DNA of 64,000 nt from Callorhinchus milii (lineage: Eukaryota): positions 50,408,001 to 50,472,000 of the forward strand of contig NW_024704742.1 in assembly GCF_018977255.1 (NCBI RefSeq), read 5' to 3'. Positions 28,191 through 41,568 of the stretch are shown here, piece after piece. The position numbers and the translations under genes were made by a program. The notes beneath the pieces are model-generated. The model worked only from the letters and a program-made list of their open reading frames with translations. It was not told where the DNA came from and ran no database searches. Position 1 is the stretch's first letter. Every line of letters begins with the position of its first letter.

Positions 28191-28644
28191 CTTCACGGTA
28201 CAGGAGGTTCTCCAATCAGAACTGCCCTCACTCCTAGACTGGTTATTTGTGCCTTAACAACAGGGACGTTAGCTTATTCTGCAACAGATGATTGATTTTT
28301 GTCTCTTCAATTGTTAAATACACAAATGCATAATCTTTCATGTAGGTGCAAGATTGATATGATAAATTGGTATGTGTGATTTGATATCAGCTAGACAATT
28401 TTATGACACATCTCACCTTGATGTGGGAAATTGCTTGATCCAAAATGAGTATCAATCAGATTGTCCCTAACCTAGCACACCAATACTAAATAATCTGCAG
28501 ACAGTCACAGTGTTTTATACCGTGCATGGCTGTAGTATAAATATGTTCCTCACTCCGTCTGAATGGTGAGATTATGCAGTATGCCTCAAACTACAGTTAC
28601 TCTGGACATTTATTCACTAGCTCATGTTCCTTCTCAAGTTTGCT

Positions 28645-29488
28645 TTTTTTTTGAAAATATATATTTATTTATAAGTATAATATTTGGTACAACAGAAATC
28701 CAAAACAAACACATCTTCTGTTACAATGTTTTTCCCTTTCTCCCGATACAAAAAACATTTCATTGTTTACGGTACCTTCCTTCACCGTACGTAGGTTGTG
28801 CACACGGTTTTTGGGACGTTCCCTTTAAAACAGTCAGGAGTCACCCGCAAACACCCTGATAATGTGCACTTGTCGTTTTCAGAAGGCGCCCGATGTGCAC
28901 TGCACTAGCACATGTTTACCGTACATGCATTTTCAGGACACTCTTTGGTTACATCTCGAGCGTCCTGCTGTACCCTTACGTTTATTTCAGTCAGCTTTGG
29001 GTGCTCTTGTGGAGTCCTGTAGCTCAGTGGTTAGAGCACTCGCTTTGCAAGCGAGAGACCTGAGTTCAATTCCAGGCAGGTCAGGGCGAAACCTTGGGCA
29101 AGTTTCCTTACTCCACACAGAGCCTAATAATAATCCCTCCAAAACCAAAAACAATAATAAATTGATCATTTTCAATCTACGACTGTTTGTGGGACATTGC
29201 TGTGCGCAATTGGCTGCCGCGTTCGCCCACAAATATACAGTCAATTTACTTTACAGTGTGTTTTGTGAAGCGCTTTGGTACGTCCTCCTGACGTGAAAAG
29301 CGCTATATCAAATGCAAGGATTATTATTATTATTACCCGGTGGGTGCGGCCCGAGCGGGATGTGTCGGAGTGGCTCCTGCCAGGGTCAGGCTCTATCTGG
29401 TCACGGTTGAGACGAACTTCAGCTTGTCCCTCAGTATAGAGTCCTTGATCCTAGCGTGCGCCAGCCTGAGGCAGGCCCTTTCCATCTG
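28645..29488 (-). mobile_element. 5'-truncated Tx1-like LINE 3' end carrying a nested SINE
   Basis: Minus-strand 29488-29393 reads QMERACLRLAHARIKDSILRDKLKFVSTVTR*, resembling Tx1 ORF2 C-termini as I recall them. AATAAA at 28664-28669, A tail, and a 12/13 TSD (tctcaagtttgct 28632-28644, tctctagtttgct 29489-29501). Confidence 0.7.
29006..29335 (+). mobile_element. Full-length tRNA(Ala)-derived SINE
   Basis: Anticodon arm CTCGC-TTTGCAA-GCGAG, A and B boxes, and tail. Confidence 0.93.
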
Positions 29489-31135
29489 TCTCTAGTTTGC
29501 TGTTCATGTTCATGTTCTACTAATGTTGCTTCATCATTGGTAGTTGTCCCTTCTGCTACTGTTTCCCGATCGTCTGGAGCTCTCTTTAATCTTGCCATCA
29601 GTCATCCCCAAATGACTCACACATTTTGTTAAACACATTGTGACATCTTTTTACATAAATGCACTATGTGACCAAAAATTGTCATTGTTATTCTGGGCTG
29701 TCTGAAAACTCTTCAATCAAGGATGATCCATTTTAGGCAGTCCTCATGTGTAGCAACGATTAATTTTTTTCTCTCGGTTACTTATTGGTGAATTTCTTCT
29801 AAATAGAAGGAAAAGAAGTAGCATAAACTCAAGGTGGCAGAGAATATTGTAGAACCCACAAGTAATAATAATAATATGAAGAAGAATCCTGGCATTTGGT
29901 ATAACGCCTATCATGTCAGGAGGATGTCCCAAATGACTTTGTATTTGTGGACAGTCACAGCACCTAATTTGTAGGCAGCAATGTCCCACAAACAGCCCAT
30001 GAAGTGAATGACAACATTTTATTTGGAGGATTGCTGACCAGGACAAAAGGAGAAACTCCTCTTTTTGAATAGTATCATAGTATCTTTAGCGTCCACCTGA
30101 ATGGGTCTTCAGTTAAACGTCTCATCCATAGACGGCCCTTCTGTCGACACACTATCTCAGACTATGCAAGACTATGTGAGTTCAAATCCCAATGTGGGCT
30201 TGAACCCACAATCTTCTGACTCAGAGGCAAGAGTGCTATCACTGCGCCAGGCTGACACACACAATGAGGAATGTGCTGTAAGGTAATGCTGAATAGTGAT
30301 GTAGCGTGCTGAAGTGGCTAATGTATGATTTAGAGAAATCAGGAAAAGTTACCAGATTTTTTCCAGATGTCCTAATGCTAGAAGAAAGTGGAGTATCTAA
30401 TCCTGATTTCCCTTAATTCTGAGAGTGTAAGTTGTAAAAAGTATGTTGTCATTCAGCGTTTGCTGAAATAGGACTCTTATTTCACTGAAACTGTCAGCAT
30501 TGAACTCTCGCAAAGGAGAAAGATACAGTAGAAAATCCAGACACTTTTAAAACCAGAGTTAATCATGGAACTCTGCTCTGACGTGCCTGGAAGTAGATCA
30601 CAGTATTGTGCGTCAGTGTGATGTACATCTGGTTACCTGCAGGAATAGCTATTTGCGAATCCAGGTTGTGAATACCTAATTTTCAATGCCAATGGAGTCA
30701 CATTTTTGGATTAACAACCCATGTGCAAATCTGTGGGTTGGTTTAAACCATGTGCAACTGCTTGTCAGTATCTTTGATTACAGAACATGTCATTGTGCTA
30801 TCAAAAATCTGGGTTCTGCCACAAACGATGAGTCTGACCGTCATATTAACTCCATTGTCAGAATTTTTATAACAGCAAGGTACCTTAAAACTATATTCAC
30901 AATTATGCGTTTATTCAGCATTGCTTTCTTAATATAAAAAATATATTAATATCCTCAGATATCCTCAGAGAATATATTTTAAAAATCCTCAGGTTCTCCA
31001 GTTACGTGAAATTCCATCTAACATTTAACTTTTAGATAATTTTGTCTGGATAAATAATACCACACAGAATTCTTACATTGAGTTGGAAGTTCTTTTTAAG
31101 AACTGCAGAAAAACAACAATTATTCCAATTGAACA

Positions 31136-31482
31136 ATAATAATAATAATAATCCTTGCATTTGATACAGCACCTTATCACATCTTCAAAACGTCTCAAAA
31201 CGCTTCATAGTATATACTGTAAAGTGTAGTGTCTGTGTATTTTGTGGGAGAAACGCGGCAGACAATTGCACACAGCGGTGTCCCACAAACAGTCGTGGAT
31301 TGAGTGACCAAATTCCAATCTTTTTAAATTGAATAACAAGTGTGTAACTGCTTACTGCTCAGTAAATAGAGGCATGTGTGTGGACTAAGGAAACCTGCCT
31401 AAGGTTTTGTCCCGACCGAGAATCGAACCCGGACCTTCTCGCTTGAGAGAGGAGCGTGCTAAGCACTACGCTACAGGATTCC
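31136..31482 (-). mobile_element. tRNA-derived SINE, longer variant
   Basis: Head ggaatcctgtagcgtagtg...ggttcgattc, an extra internal segment and the shared tail. Confidence 0.85.
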
Positions 31483-33124
31483 AATGACTCAGTAAGGGAG
31501 GGGGGGAGGAGAGACAGGCACACACACGCCACATCCATATGTATAATGATTAATATTCCTATAGTAAAATCAAAGTGCCTCCAGGTTTCAAGTATTGCCT
31601 GCTCTCACACAAGTGTGTGTGTGTTGCCCGGTCCCTAGCACACACACGTGTGCTTTACCTGGTCCCGCACACTTGGGTGTGTGCATGTGCGTTGCTCAGC
31701 CGGTCATTAACGAGTCTCCCTGAGCTGTGGTCTTGGGAGTTTCTTCAGCCAATGGTTGTGGGCACCTTCTGGGGTCTGGGCTGGACGTCCACTGGTCTGG
31801 GCTGAATGGAGGCTGGGCTGGGCTGGATATCTTCTGGTCGGCAGCACGGGGTGTGGTTCTGACATGTGCTGGTCTGGGATGGATACCTCCTCCTGCCCCT
31901 CCCCCTCGCCCTCTCCTCCACGGTCAGCTCTGGTCAGTGCAGTCACCCGCTATGTTCCCAGAGCCTCAGACTGGTGTAAGACTTCACCACAAATTTGCAC
32001 AATGTTAAAGTTTAAGACAAAACAGTCTTATAAGGACTGAGGCAGTATTTCGGGCCTCTGATGTGAATATAAATATTTTTGGTTTATTGAGGAGAAAAAT
32101 AGTTTTACTGGTGATTTAGGTAAAGTTTAGTTTGACATGAATAATAATAATTGGATGTTCCAATGCAGGAGAATATTCAAGGTGTTCAGCTGCAGCTTCA
32201 AAGAAGCGGGGGTTGCTTTGGCTGACCTATTATAAAAATAAAGTAGAGTATAACGTGGAAGAAGCATTGCATGTTGGCTAATATGTGACAGCACAAAACA
32301 CTGATTTAAACATCAATACATTTCTACAGTCAATATTCCAGAGTAATCCACCAATTGCTCCCATCTACATGTACCATTTTATCATAGTATGTTCTCCAAG
32401 ACTGAAATATCTGTCACAATACACTGGACAGGGACCAGATAAGGTTTTAGCATACCCAGAAAAAATCTTACAGACACTCCTAGTTCAAACGGCAATCTGC
32501 TTGTTTCTACTCCATCTCAAACCAAGCTGTTGTGCAGCATATAAATGTTAAGCCTGATCCTTCTGGCAAATGTCCTTGTAAATGTTCCTTCAAAGCTGGC
32601 ACCTTTACATGAAGAAAGTCTTCAGGAGGTCAAGGATACTCCACCGATCAATCATTTTAAAAACAAAATTGTTTTTCATCAATATGTTCTATTTAGTCGA
32701 GGGCTGGGCTACTGGTTTGACACAGACATGTGCAAAGCGGAAATGCAAAGCGGAAATCTGTCCAATAAATCCTTTTTACTGCTTGGTCTAAAGTGTGTAT
32801 CTTAAACTCGAGTCTTCCTGAGATTAAAATGCAAACACAGACTGCATCAATGTAAACTGAGCTCAGACAGATAAACTTCACTATGTTGTTTTCCTTTTTT
32901 GGCTTATCACATTATCTCTGAATGCAGACAAACCTATCCACATGTTCAGTGAGCCCAGAGCATGGATTGTGCCCAAATGAATTTGCAGATTGTCCCATAC
33001 ACATATAAAGATTGTATGTTCAAATATTTGTGCTGATCAAAGCCGGGTACATCAGGAAGCTATAATTGGCCTTTGTTGTCCCTGGAGGAAAATCTGCTTC
33101 TGGTCATTAATCAGAAAAATCTGT

Positions 33125-33610
33125 GTTCTCCCCAGCCCCAAATTAAATTAGTACCAATCAACTCAAAGTCCTCAGGCCGAGCTTGCTCAATCAGTAAAAG
33201 ATTCACCAGATCATGAGATTGGTCTCGATGAAGAGAGCCCTTCAAACCATTCGATCTCATCTCTCCAGAACACCAAGCCCAGCGTCCCCTCATCACTGCG
33301 TCAAACTGCTTTTGAAATGATTTTGTGGGTTCTGGCCTGTACCATCTTTCCTGGCTGCCTGTTACAGTTGTTGATTACCCTCTGCATAAAGAAGCACTTC
33401 CCGGTATCTCCCCCAAAATCGCCCTTTACAACACTAAACCTATGTCCTCTTGTTCTATTGTCATGGTACATCCTAAAGCATTGATCTGGGTTTACTTTTC
33501 AAATTCCATTTCAAATTTTATGTGCCTCGAAGACGTCCTGACTAAGTCATCTTCTCTCAAGACAGAAGAACCCGAGCTTGTTTAGTCATTGCTCATATAG
33601 TTTATTCCTC
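33125..33610 (-). mobile_element. Old CR1-type LINE 3' remnant
   Basis: Degenerate similarity to the LGLFSLE...RGD region and 3' UTR of the younger CR1 copies. Confidence 0.65.
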
Positions 33611-36187
33611 TAATACATTATTTTTTGATTCAGTGGAGCATGGATTTCACCCATTCTTGGCAGATCGCGCTTGAAAATATTGAACTTTAAAAAAAAATTA
33701 AAAAACGTAAAATTTATAAACCAAAAAAAAATCAGCTCAAAATAAAATAAAGTAGGCATTGGGACACGACAGGGATAAACCACAGACCTGGAGAGGTATG
33801 CTGCCACCTGGTGCGAAAAAGTTAATGCCGATGATAGTTAAGGGATGCTGCAAATATTACCCCAATAATACACAGGAAAATATTGGAGACTACCATTGGC
33901 CCTATTAACTTTTAGTTATCCTGATACCTAAATTAAACAATGGAAGACCATTCGTTATTTATAGTCATTAAGTGTATCTTGAAATATTTTACTGAGTTCA
34001 TTTGTACTTTTAGCACAATATTCAGGTTTGGCTGGCATTTTCACCTACTCCCAGCAGACATAAAATTAATCCCTATTTATTTTATTCAGAGAAAAATATA
34101 TGTTAAGATGTTGAACAGAAGAATTATTTCTGAATGCTGGCACCATCTGACTATCCTAATACAAGACAAAGCCATGTTGAAGGTTTTTGTCGGTCATTTT
34201 CATGGACTGGGGACTCAATATGAGTCATGCTGATGATTTAATAATTGTTCTATTATTATCTTGTTCTGTAGGTGTCTTTAGTGCTGAACAATGGATCCAA
34301 CTTGTCAGTCCTATTCAGCCCACTGACAGTAAACTACTCTCACACTGAGGAGAGATGTGGTTCTATGGTAACAATTTACCCTACGATTTTCAAAGAGAAA
34401 GTTAAAATGTCATTTATTATAAATCATCCTGAGCTTTCTTCTGCCCTTGCTTTGAAAAGTGCCTCGTATTATACATTATTACATGGAATAAGTATTTGGC
34501 AAAATGCATACGGGGGTTGATCCATTACTGTCCAGAAATAATTATGCAAAAACTCTCGGGTTGGTTTTAACTTCTTTGTTCCACTTACCTTTAATGAATG
34601 CCCTTGTCTGTTTTTTTTTAATACAACTTTCTAGTTCAGTGTATCCATCAATCATAGAATCACTGTTCGGAATTAAATGTTGTTAATATAAACAACATTT
34701 ATAATACTTATTATTAATAGTTAATATTTATTGCAGTTGCAGGTAAGTAATTTATATTAGGTCATAGTTAGCTTCTGTCTTCAGCAATTCTAATAAACAC
34801 ATTCACTTATCAACATTGAAATTATTATTCCTGTCTCGGTATGCCTCTACATCATCATTATTATTAATAGTAATTATTATTATTATTGTTGTTACTTTTA
34901 GGAATAATCATCTTTGGATTCTCAAATATATTAAGAAAAGTAACACTTATTCATATATAACGTGGCAGTGTTATTGGTCCGGCTGATCAATCACTGAAAA
35001 CCAAGATATTTAAACTACAACAATAATAATATTTGCATTTGATATAGCGCCTTATAACATCTTTGAAACATCTCAAAGCGCTGCACAGAATATACTGTGA
35101 AGTAAATTGACTGTATATTTTGTGGACGAAATAACAATAATAATCCTTGCAATTAATATAGCTGCCTATCACATCATGAAAGTCTCAAAGTGCTTCCCAG
35201 GATATACTATTAAGTGGTGACTGTGTATTTTGTGGACAAACAAAGCAACCAATTTGCACACATCAGTGTTCCACAAACAGCCATGGAGTAAATGATGAAT
35301 GTTTTCCAGGGATTGTTTGTCAGAATACCAGGATATCCAGCAAACCTCCCTTCACTTTTCAAATAGTGCCATAGAATCTTTAATATAAACATGATCCTTT
35401 GTAACTTTTAGTAACCATTTAAAAAGTTGAAATGCCATTTATTACAAATCATCCTGAGCTCTCCACTGCAATTGCTTTAAAATAAGTCTGGTATTGGAAA
35501 TTTAAAGGAATAAGCATTTTATTTTCCCTTTCTGCACAATTGTGCAATTGCAAAAGTGGTGCATGGGATATAATCGTATGATCCATCCACCAAAGGCTAG
35601 CACACTGATTTCTCTGAAAATACTATTCAGCATTGACACCACCACCTTTGTCACAATAGATGCACCTGAAATTGTGATTTATGTTAAAAACAATTCAACA
35701 GATCGGAGCAGAATTGTCCTTATTTAATAAAATATTCTTTGTAATAGTGACTGTAGTTATTACATTTTGTATTCTGACATTTGATAAAGGTTAATATAAT
35801 TTGTCTTAATAAAAATCACAGTCTGTGCTCACACGAAAAACAAGTCTTATTTGTCATTTCATTGTATTGAATAGATTGCAGTGGAGGATTCAATGATTGA
35901 CATGAATTTTTCATAACATTTATGCAGGGTTCAAACTGTGTTATATAGGGTTTTGGTCTTCCACAGTAATTGAACTACAACTGACATGAGAGAAATCGAT
36001 ATTGAAGTCATTCAATTAATGAAGTCATTCTGTATCTCTTGTGTTCTTTACTCAATGTGGGGGGAGGGAGGTTTTGCATTAAATTATGACTCTGCTCCTT
36101 CTCTGAGGAAATAGACAAACACTGGCAGCTGCATTGAAAAATGCAGACAAAGCTCCTGGAACAAAACATTGATAGATCTATACAGAA

Positions 36188-36503
36188 TGGAGTCCTGTAG
36201 TTCATTGGTTAGAGCACTTGCCTTGCAAGCGAGACACTTGGGTTCAATTCCAGGCAGGGCGAAACCTTGGGCAAGTTTCCTTACTCCACACGCCTAATAA
36301 TAATCCCTCCAAAATAAAACAATAATAAATTGGTCATTTTCAATCCACGACTGTTTGTGGGACACTGCTGTGTGCAATTGGCTGCCGCGTTTCGCCCACA
36401 AATATGCAGTCAATTCACTTTACAGTCTATTCTGTGAAGCGCTTTGAGATGTCGAGAAGATGTGAAAAGCGCTACATTAAATGCAAGGACTATTATTATA
36501 TTA
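36188..36503 (+). mobile_element. Full-length tRNA(Ala)-derived SINE
   Basis: Same consensus as 29006-29335. Confidence 0.92.
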
Positions 36504-36852
36504 CTATACCATGACAGAAGATGTGTTTTACATCCAGTTCAGTGGCAAACAAGCACACATCCTCAGCAATACAAACAAGAATAATTAACACTTACGAAAC
36601 ATGTAGGCAGTCACACAAGAAGGTAGCAGACATTGGCACAAACAAAGTACTTAAGCGTTGGTTTTGGTCCAATATATGCAGTGTTTGGTATTCCAAGAGG
36701 ATGCAGCATTTGCATTTGAATCCAAGCTTATCTTGGAATATCAAATGACAACTCTGCCACAATGCCTGAGTTTTCCACTCGTTGAGATCTGCCTCTTTTA
36801 ACCATTTAAGCAACTCAAAATGTAATAGTTTGTCTGCTATTAAAGTAGGCAA

Positions 36853-37610
36853 CCAACAACAACAACAACAAAATTAGATTTTTAAAGCGCCTTTTACATC
36901 AGGAGGACATCCCAAAGCGCTGAACAGATAGAGTTTCGGATCCGAGCTGGAGGTCGGGGTCAGGGAGGGTAGATATAATATCAGCGAAATGCGGCAGCCA
37001 AATTGCGCATAGCAGTGTCCCACAAACAGTCATAGAATGAAGTGACCAATTTATTGTCTTTTTTCTTGAGGGATTATTATTAGGCATGTGGACTAAGGAA
37101 ACTTGCCTATGGTTTTGCCCTGCCGGGAGTCAAACCCAGGGCTCTTGCTTGAGGGTCTTGAGATGGGTCTTGAAGGAGGCAAGGGAGGGGGCGAGGCGGA
37201 GGGTCTGTGGGATGGAGTTCCAGAGGGTGGGGGCAGAGTGGCAGAAGCCCCACCCGCCAATAGTGGGACGAGCGAGGCCGGGGACGTGAAGCAGCCCGGA
37301 GCCCACTAAGCGGAGGGAGCGAGCAGGATGATAGGGGGTTAGGAGGTCGCAGAGATAGTGGGGAGCAAGACAATGGAGCGCTTTGAAGGTGAGGACCAGG
37401 ATCTTGAACTGTATCCTCTGTGTGATGGGAAGCCAGTGGAGTCGGGCAAGGATGAGGGTGATAGAGTCACGGAGTCTGGTGCAGGAGATGACATGGGCTG
37501 ATCTGCAGCCTATGGAGGGAGGAGTTGGGGAGGTCGACTACCAATGAGTTTGCATAGTCAAGCCTGGATGTAGTGAAAGCATGTATGAGGGTTTTGGCGG
37601 CTTGTAGTGT
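36853..37610 (-). mobile_element. L2 3' fragment interrupted by a partial SINE (about 36980-37152)
   Basis: L2 tail at 36853-36970, SINE body, then ORF2 C-terminal sequence from about 37150. Confidence 0.85.
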
Positions 37611-38364
37611 AATTTAATCTTCACCCTAAATCCCAGGCTTCTATATAAAATGGCAACCTGACTCAGTTGGTAGCACTCATGTCAATTCTCTCTGTCAGTC
37701 TCGGTCATCCAGTTCCTGAGCCAACTGGACAAGCTGGAGCTAACAACTCAGAAGTCAGTCATCCTTAGTGCAAGAGCATCATGCTTCCTGTTCTCATATA
37801 TCCACAGTACACTCGCACTTTAAACTACGCAGCATTTAACCAAGTCACTATAATGCGTTTCCACAAGTGTATGCTAAATAATTGACTCACAACCAGGTTC
37901 CTACTTAAATAAGCTAGTTAGATTCATTAAAGCTAATTGTGAAATATAACTAGCAGCACCAACCAGTTTAAATTGAGTTAAAGATGTAGCATCGTTCATT
38001 AACGATGAGTTTGCCTACAAAAGATTTCTAAATCTCAGATAGTGGCAGTGGGAAATTACAGTTTCATTAGGTAACAGTCAATTACATTATTTAAAAACTC
38101 CAATTAAGCAATTCCTAATTGCTACTTTCATTCAGGTAAGAACAAATGAAAGAACGTACAGTGCGGAGGGAGAGAGAGAGAAAAAACACAGAAGTGGTTA
38201 GAGCAGTTAATTGCCTCTGCAACAGAAGAAAATGCTTTTGTCACATCTTTTTCAAAATATCTTTTTCAATAAATGCCCAAAATGTTACTAAGCTGTCAGT
38301 TATACTCACATGATCATGTGTATAAATACATTAATGCTTTGTACTGTGGAGCTCAGTGATTGGA

Positions 38365-38740
38365 GCTCTATAGCTCAATGATTAGAGCACTCGCCTCGCA
38401 AGGCGAGAGACCTGGGTTCGATCCCCAGCAGGGCGAAATGTTGGGCAAGTTTCCTTACTCCACACAATCTCTGTCTACCTAGCAGAAGTAGGAACCGGGC
38501 TGTTAGCAGATTGGTAGATCGCTTTTCCGGGGATAATAATACCTCAAAAAAAATAATAATAATAATTTGGTCACTCAATCCAAAACTGTTCGTGGGACAC
38601 TGCTGTGCATAATTGGCTGCCGCGTTTTGCCCACAAATCTACAGTCAATTAACTTTACAGTATATTCTGTGAAGCACTTTGAGATGTCTAGAATACGTGA
38701 TAAGGCGCTATAACAAATGCAGGGATTATTATTATTATTG
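38365..38740 (+). mobile_element. tRNA-derived SINE, long variant with a CORE-like segment
   Basis: About 65 extra bp at 38465-38530 ending ggggataataatacctc. A related copy lies at 40208-40485(-). Confidence 0.85.
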
Positions 38741-39000
38741 TTGTAAATTCTAAAACAAAGTCTCCTCAAAGGAAGACTGAAATAATGGGATGAGAATTAT
38801 GACAATTATTCTTACGATGGATGCAGAATATTGCAGCAGGTGGCATAATTTTACTTGAAGTCACCAGACATCAATGTAAAATACAATCACGTTTTTGAAT
38901 CGTTATTTCAAGGTATCTCTTCGTGTCAGCAATTAAATGTATCAAGGTTCCAATTGACATGCTTCAAACCCGCGGTTTAGCATGGGTAAATTTCACCCTT

Positions 39001-39940
39001 CATAGAATCATAGAATTATGCAGCACAGAAGGAGGCCATTCAGCCCTTCCTGTCTGTACCAGCTCTTTTAAAAGAGCTTCCAAATCAATCCCACTCCCCC
39101 GCGCTCTCCCTATAGCCCTGCAAACTTGTCCTCCTCAAATAATTATCTACTTCTCTCTTAAAAGCTGTTATTGAATCGGCTTCCACCACCCTTTCAGGCA
39201 ATGCATTCCAGATCTGAACAACTCGCTGTGTGAAAAAGTTTCTTCTCACCTCCCCTGTTTCTTTTAACAACTATTTTAAATCAATGTCCTTGGGTTACCG
39301 ACCCACCCGCCAGTGGTTTCCCATTGTCACCCTATCGAATCTCCTCATAATTTTGAAAGCTTCTGTTAAGTCTCCTGTTAACCTTCTCTGCTCCAAGGAG
39401 AATAATCCCAGCTTCTCTAGCTTCTCCTGATAACTGAAGTCCCTCATTCTTGGTACCATCCTGGTAAATCTCCTTTGCACCCTCTCCAATGTCTTGACAT
39501 CCTTCCTAACGTGTGGTGCCCAGAACTGAACACAGTCTCCAGCTGAGGCCTAACCAGTGTTCTATGAAGGTTCATCATAACTTCCTGACTTTTGTATTCT
39601 ATGCCCCGATTTATATAGCCTAGTATCCCATATGCTTTTTTAACAGCTTTATCTACCTGTCTGCCATCTTCAAAGATTTACTTATATGAAGCCCCAGATC
39701 TCTCTGTTTCTTCACCCCCCTTTAAGATTCTACCATCAGCTCCTATTGCCTCTCCTCATTCTTCCTCACAAAATGCATCACTTCACATTTCTCCAAGTTA
39801 AACTTCATCTGCCATGTGTCTGCCCATTTTACTAGTCTGTCTATGTCCTCTTGCTGTCTGCTACTATCCTCCTCACTGTTTACTACGTTTCCTAGCTTAG
39901 TATCATTTGCAAACTTGGAAATTGTACTCCTTCTACCCAA
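39001..39940 (-). mobile_element. CR1 LINE 3' fragment
   Basis: SKFANDTKLG, WQMKFNLEKCEVMH, ERVQRRFTRMV, RRNFFTQRVV and the terminal (ATTCTATG)n octamer. Confidence 0.95.
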
Positions 39941-41568
39941 CTCCCTTGATCCTACGTTTTATTTTGGAAGGTCAGAAATTTGGATCCTTTCAAATCCAGA
40001 GTACAAGTGCAAGGCTGCAGCATTGAAATCAAAACTAGCAGCGTTTATTAACCATTGCTCCTTAAATGTTAATGGAATTTATACGTTCACATGATTCTTA
40101 GCACATGTGGTCTGTGTTCATGTCTTGAGGGACCCTTCATCCGATATACTTTATTGATGAGTCAGGAGGTAGCCTAATACTCATGATGCACTCATCTGCT
40201 CTATGATATAATAATAATAATCTTTGCATTTGATATAACGCCTTATCACGTCATTGATCTGTCTCAAAGGTTTAACAGAATATATTGTAAAGCGGGCGAA
40301 ACGTGGCAGCCAATTGCACACAGCAGTGTCCCACAAGCAGTCATGTGACCAAATTATTTTGTTTTATTCTTTTTTTTAAGAGATTATTATCCCTGGAAAG
40401 CGATCTGGCAATCCAACTTACTGCTAGGTAAACAAGGGCATGTGTGGAGAAGGAAACTAGCCTAAGGTTTCACCCTGCCGGGAACATTGTCTGATTGTCC
40501 ATTATATTATATCAAGTTAAAATTCACTACACTAAGAACCATGGGTACTTCTATTTTATAAATAGGCAACGCAATCACATATGTACTGAATGGTTTAATT
40601 AAGTGTTACCCAGAGTACACCGGCAAATTTTAATAAGCAGCGTTTTCTAGCTGAAGAAAGTAGCTTTTCTCTAACATTTAGCCTCATGTTTCATACAGGG
40701 TATTTGAAAAAAATAAAAAATAGTATTTGAAATAATACTGTATTAGAATCATTCATTAAGTGTTCCTGGCCCAAAATTATTTGTTTCAAAAGGTTTCTTA
40801 CATGTACCAGGACTTTACAATTATTCCCCTCACAATTATTCCCCTAATGCCATTCAATTAAGACAGCCTTAACAGCAGTATCACTGTGATGCTACACATA
40901 AGAAAGATTTTTTTTAAAACAAAGCTCTAATGATGTGGGAGAGCTCACAGATTGTTTTACTTTTTTTCAAATATTTCTCTTTAATACTGCCCCCAGTTGT
41001 TATGAAAACACTCGGCTGGGATCTCATTACTGAGTACAATACTTCAACTGAGTCCCTGGTGAAAATTGATCATTTCAAATATAAATCAAATTAGGCACTA
41101 AATAACAATAGGAAAGAAATAATCCTTACACTTAATATAGCCCCTTTCATGTCGGAAGAATGTCTCAAATTGATTCATAGGATATACTGCAAAGTATAGT
41201 GACCCCACTCTCCCACTGGCTCGGATCATGCTCCACTTGAGGAGGTGCTATTACAAATGCAAGTTGTTGCATTTAATGGGCTGAAAGTCATAAATCTGGT
41301 GGTTGTAAGATTCCTTCCTAAGTGAAGTTGTTGTTGAAGTTGTTGTTTTATTTTGCAAGCGAAGTTAGTTTCTCACGATTTTTCTCTCCTTTCCTGATGG
41401 CAATGCTGTAGCATGGTTCCACCAGCACTAATGACTCTCCTGTACACTTCCCAAGTGACCATTTTTTCCGCGTGAGTCTGGATATGAAGGGTCAGCAGTC
41501 TCTTTACTCATGAAGGACATCAAAGACAAGGCTGTTTCTGTCCTCAGCCAACAACACTGCACAAATTA

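Noticed and set aside
29011..29090. tRNA-Ala genes (also at 18000, 36190, 60040 and 63085)
   Set aside because: The cloverleaf-like heads always continue into the same SINE body and tail and vary between copies.
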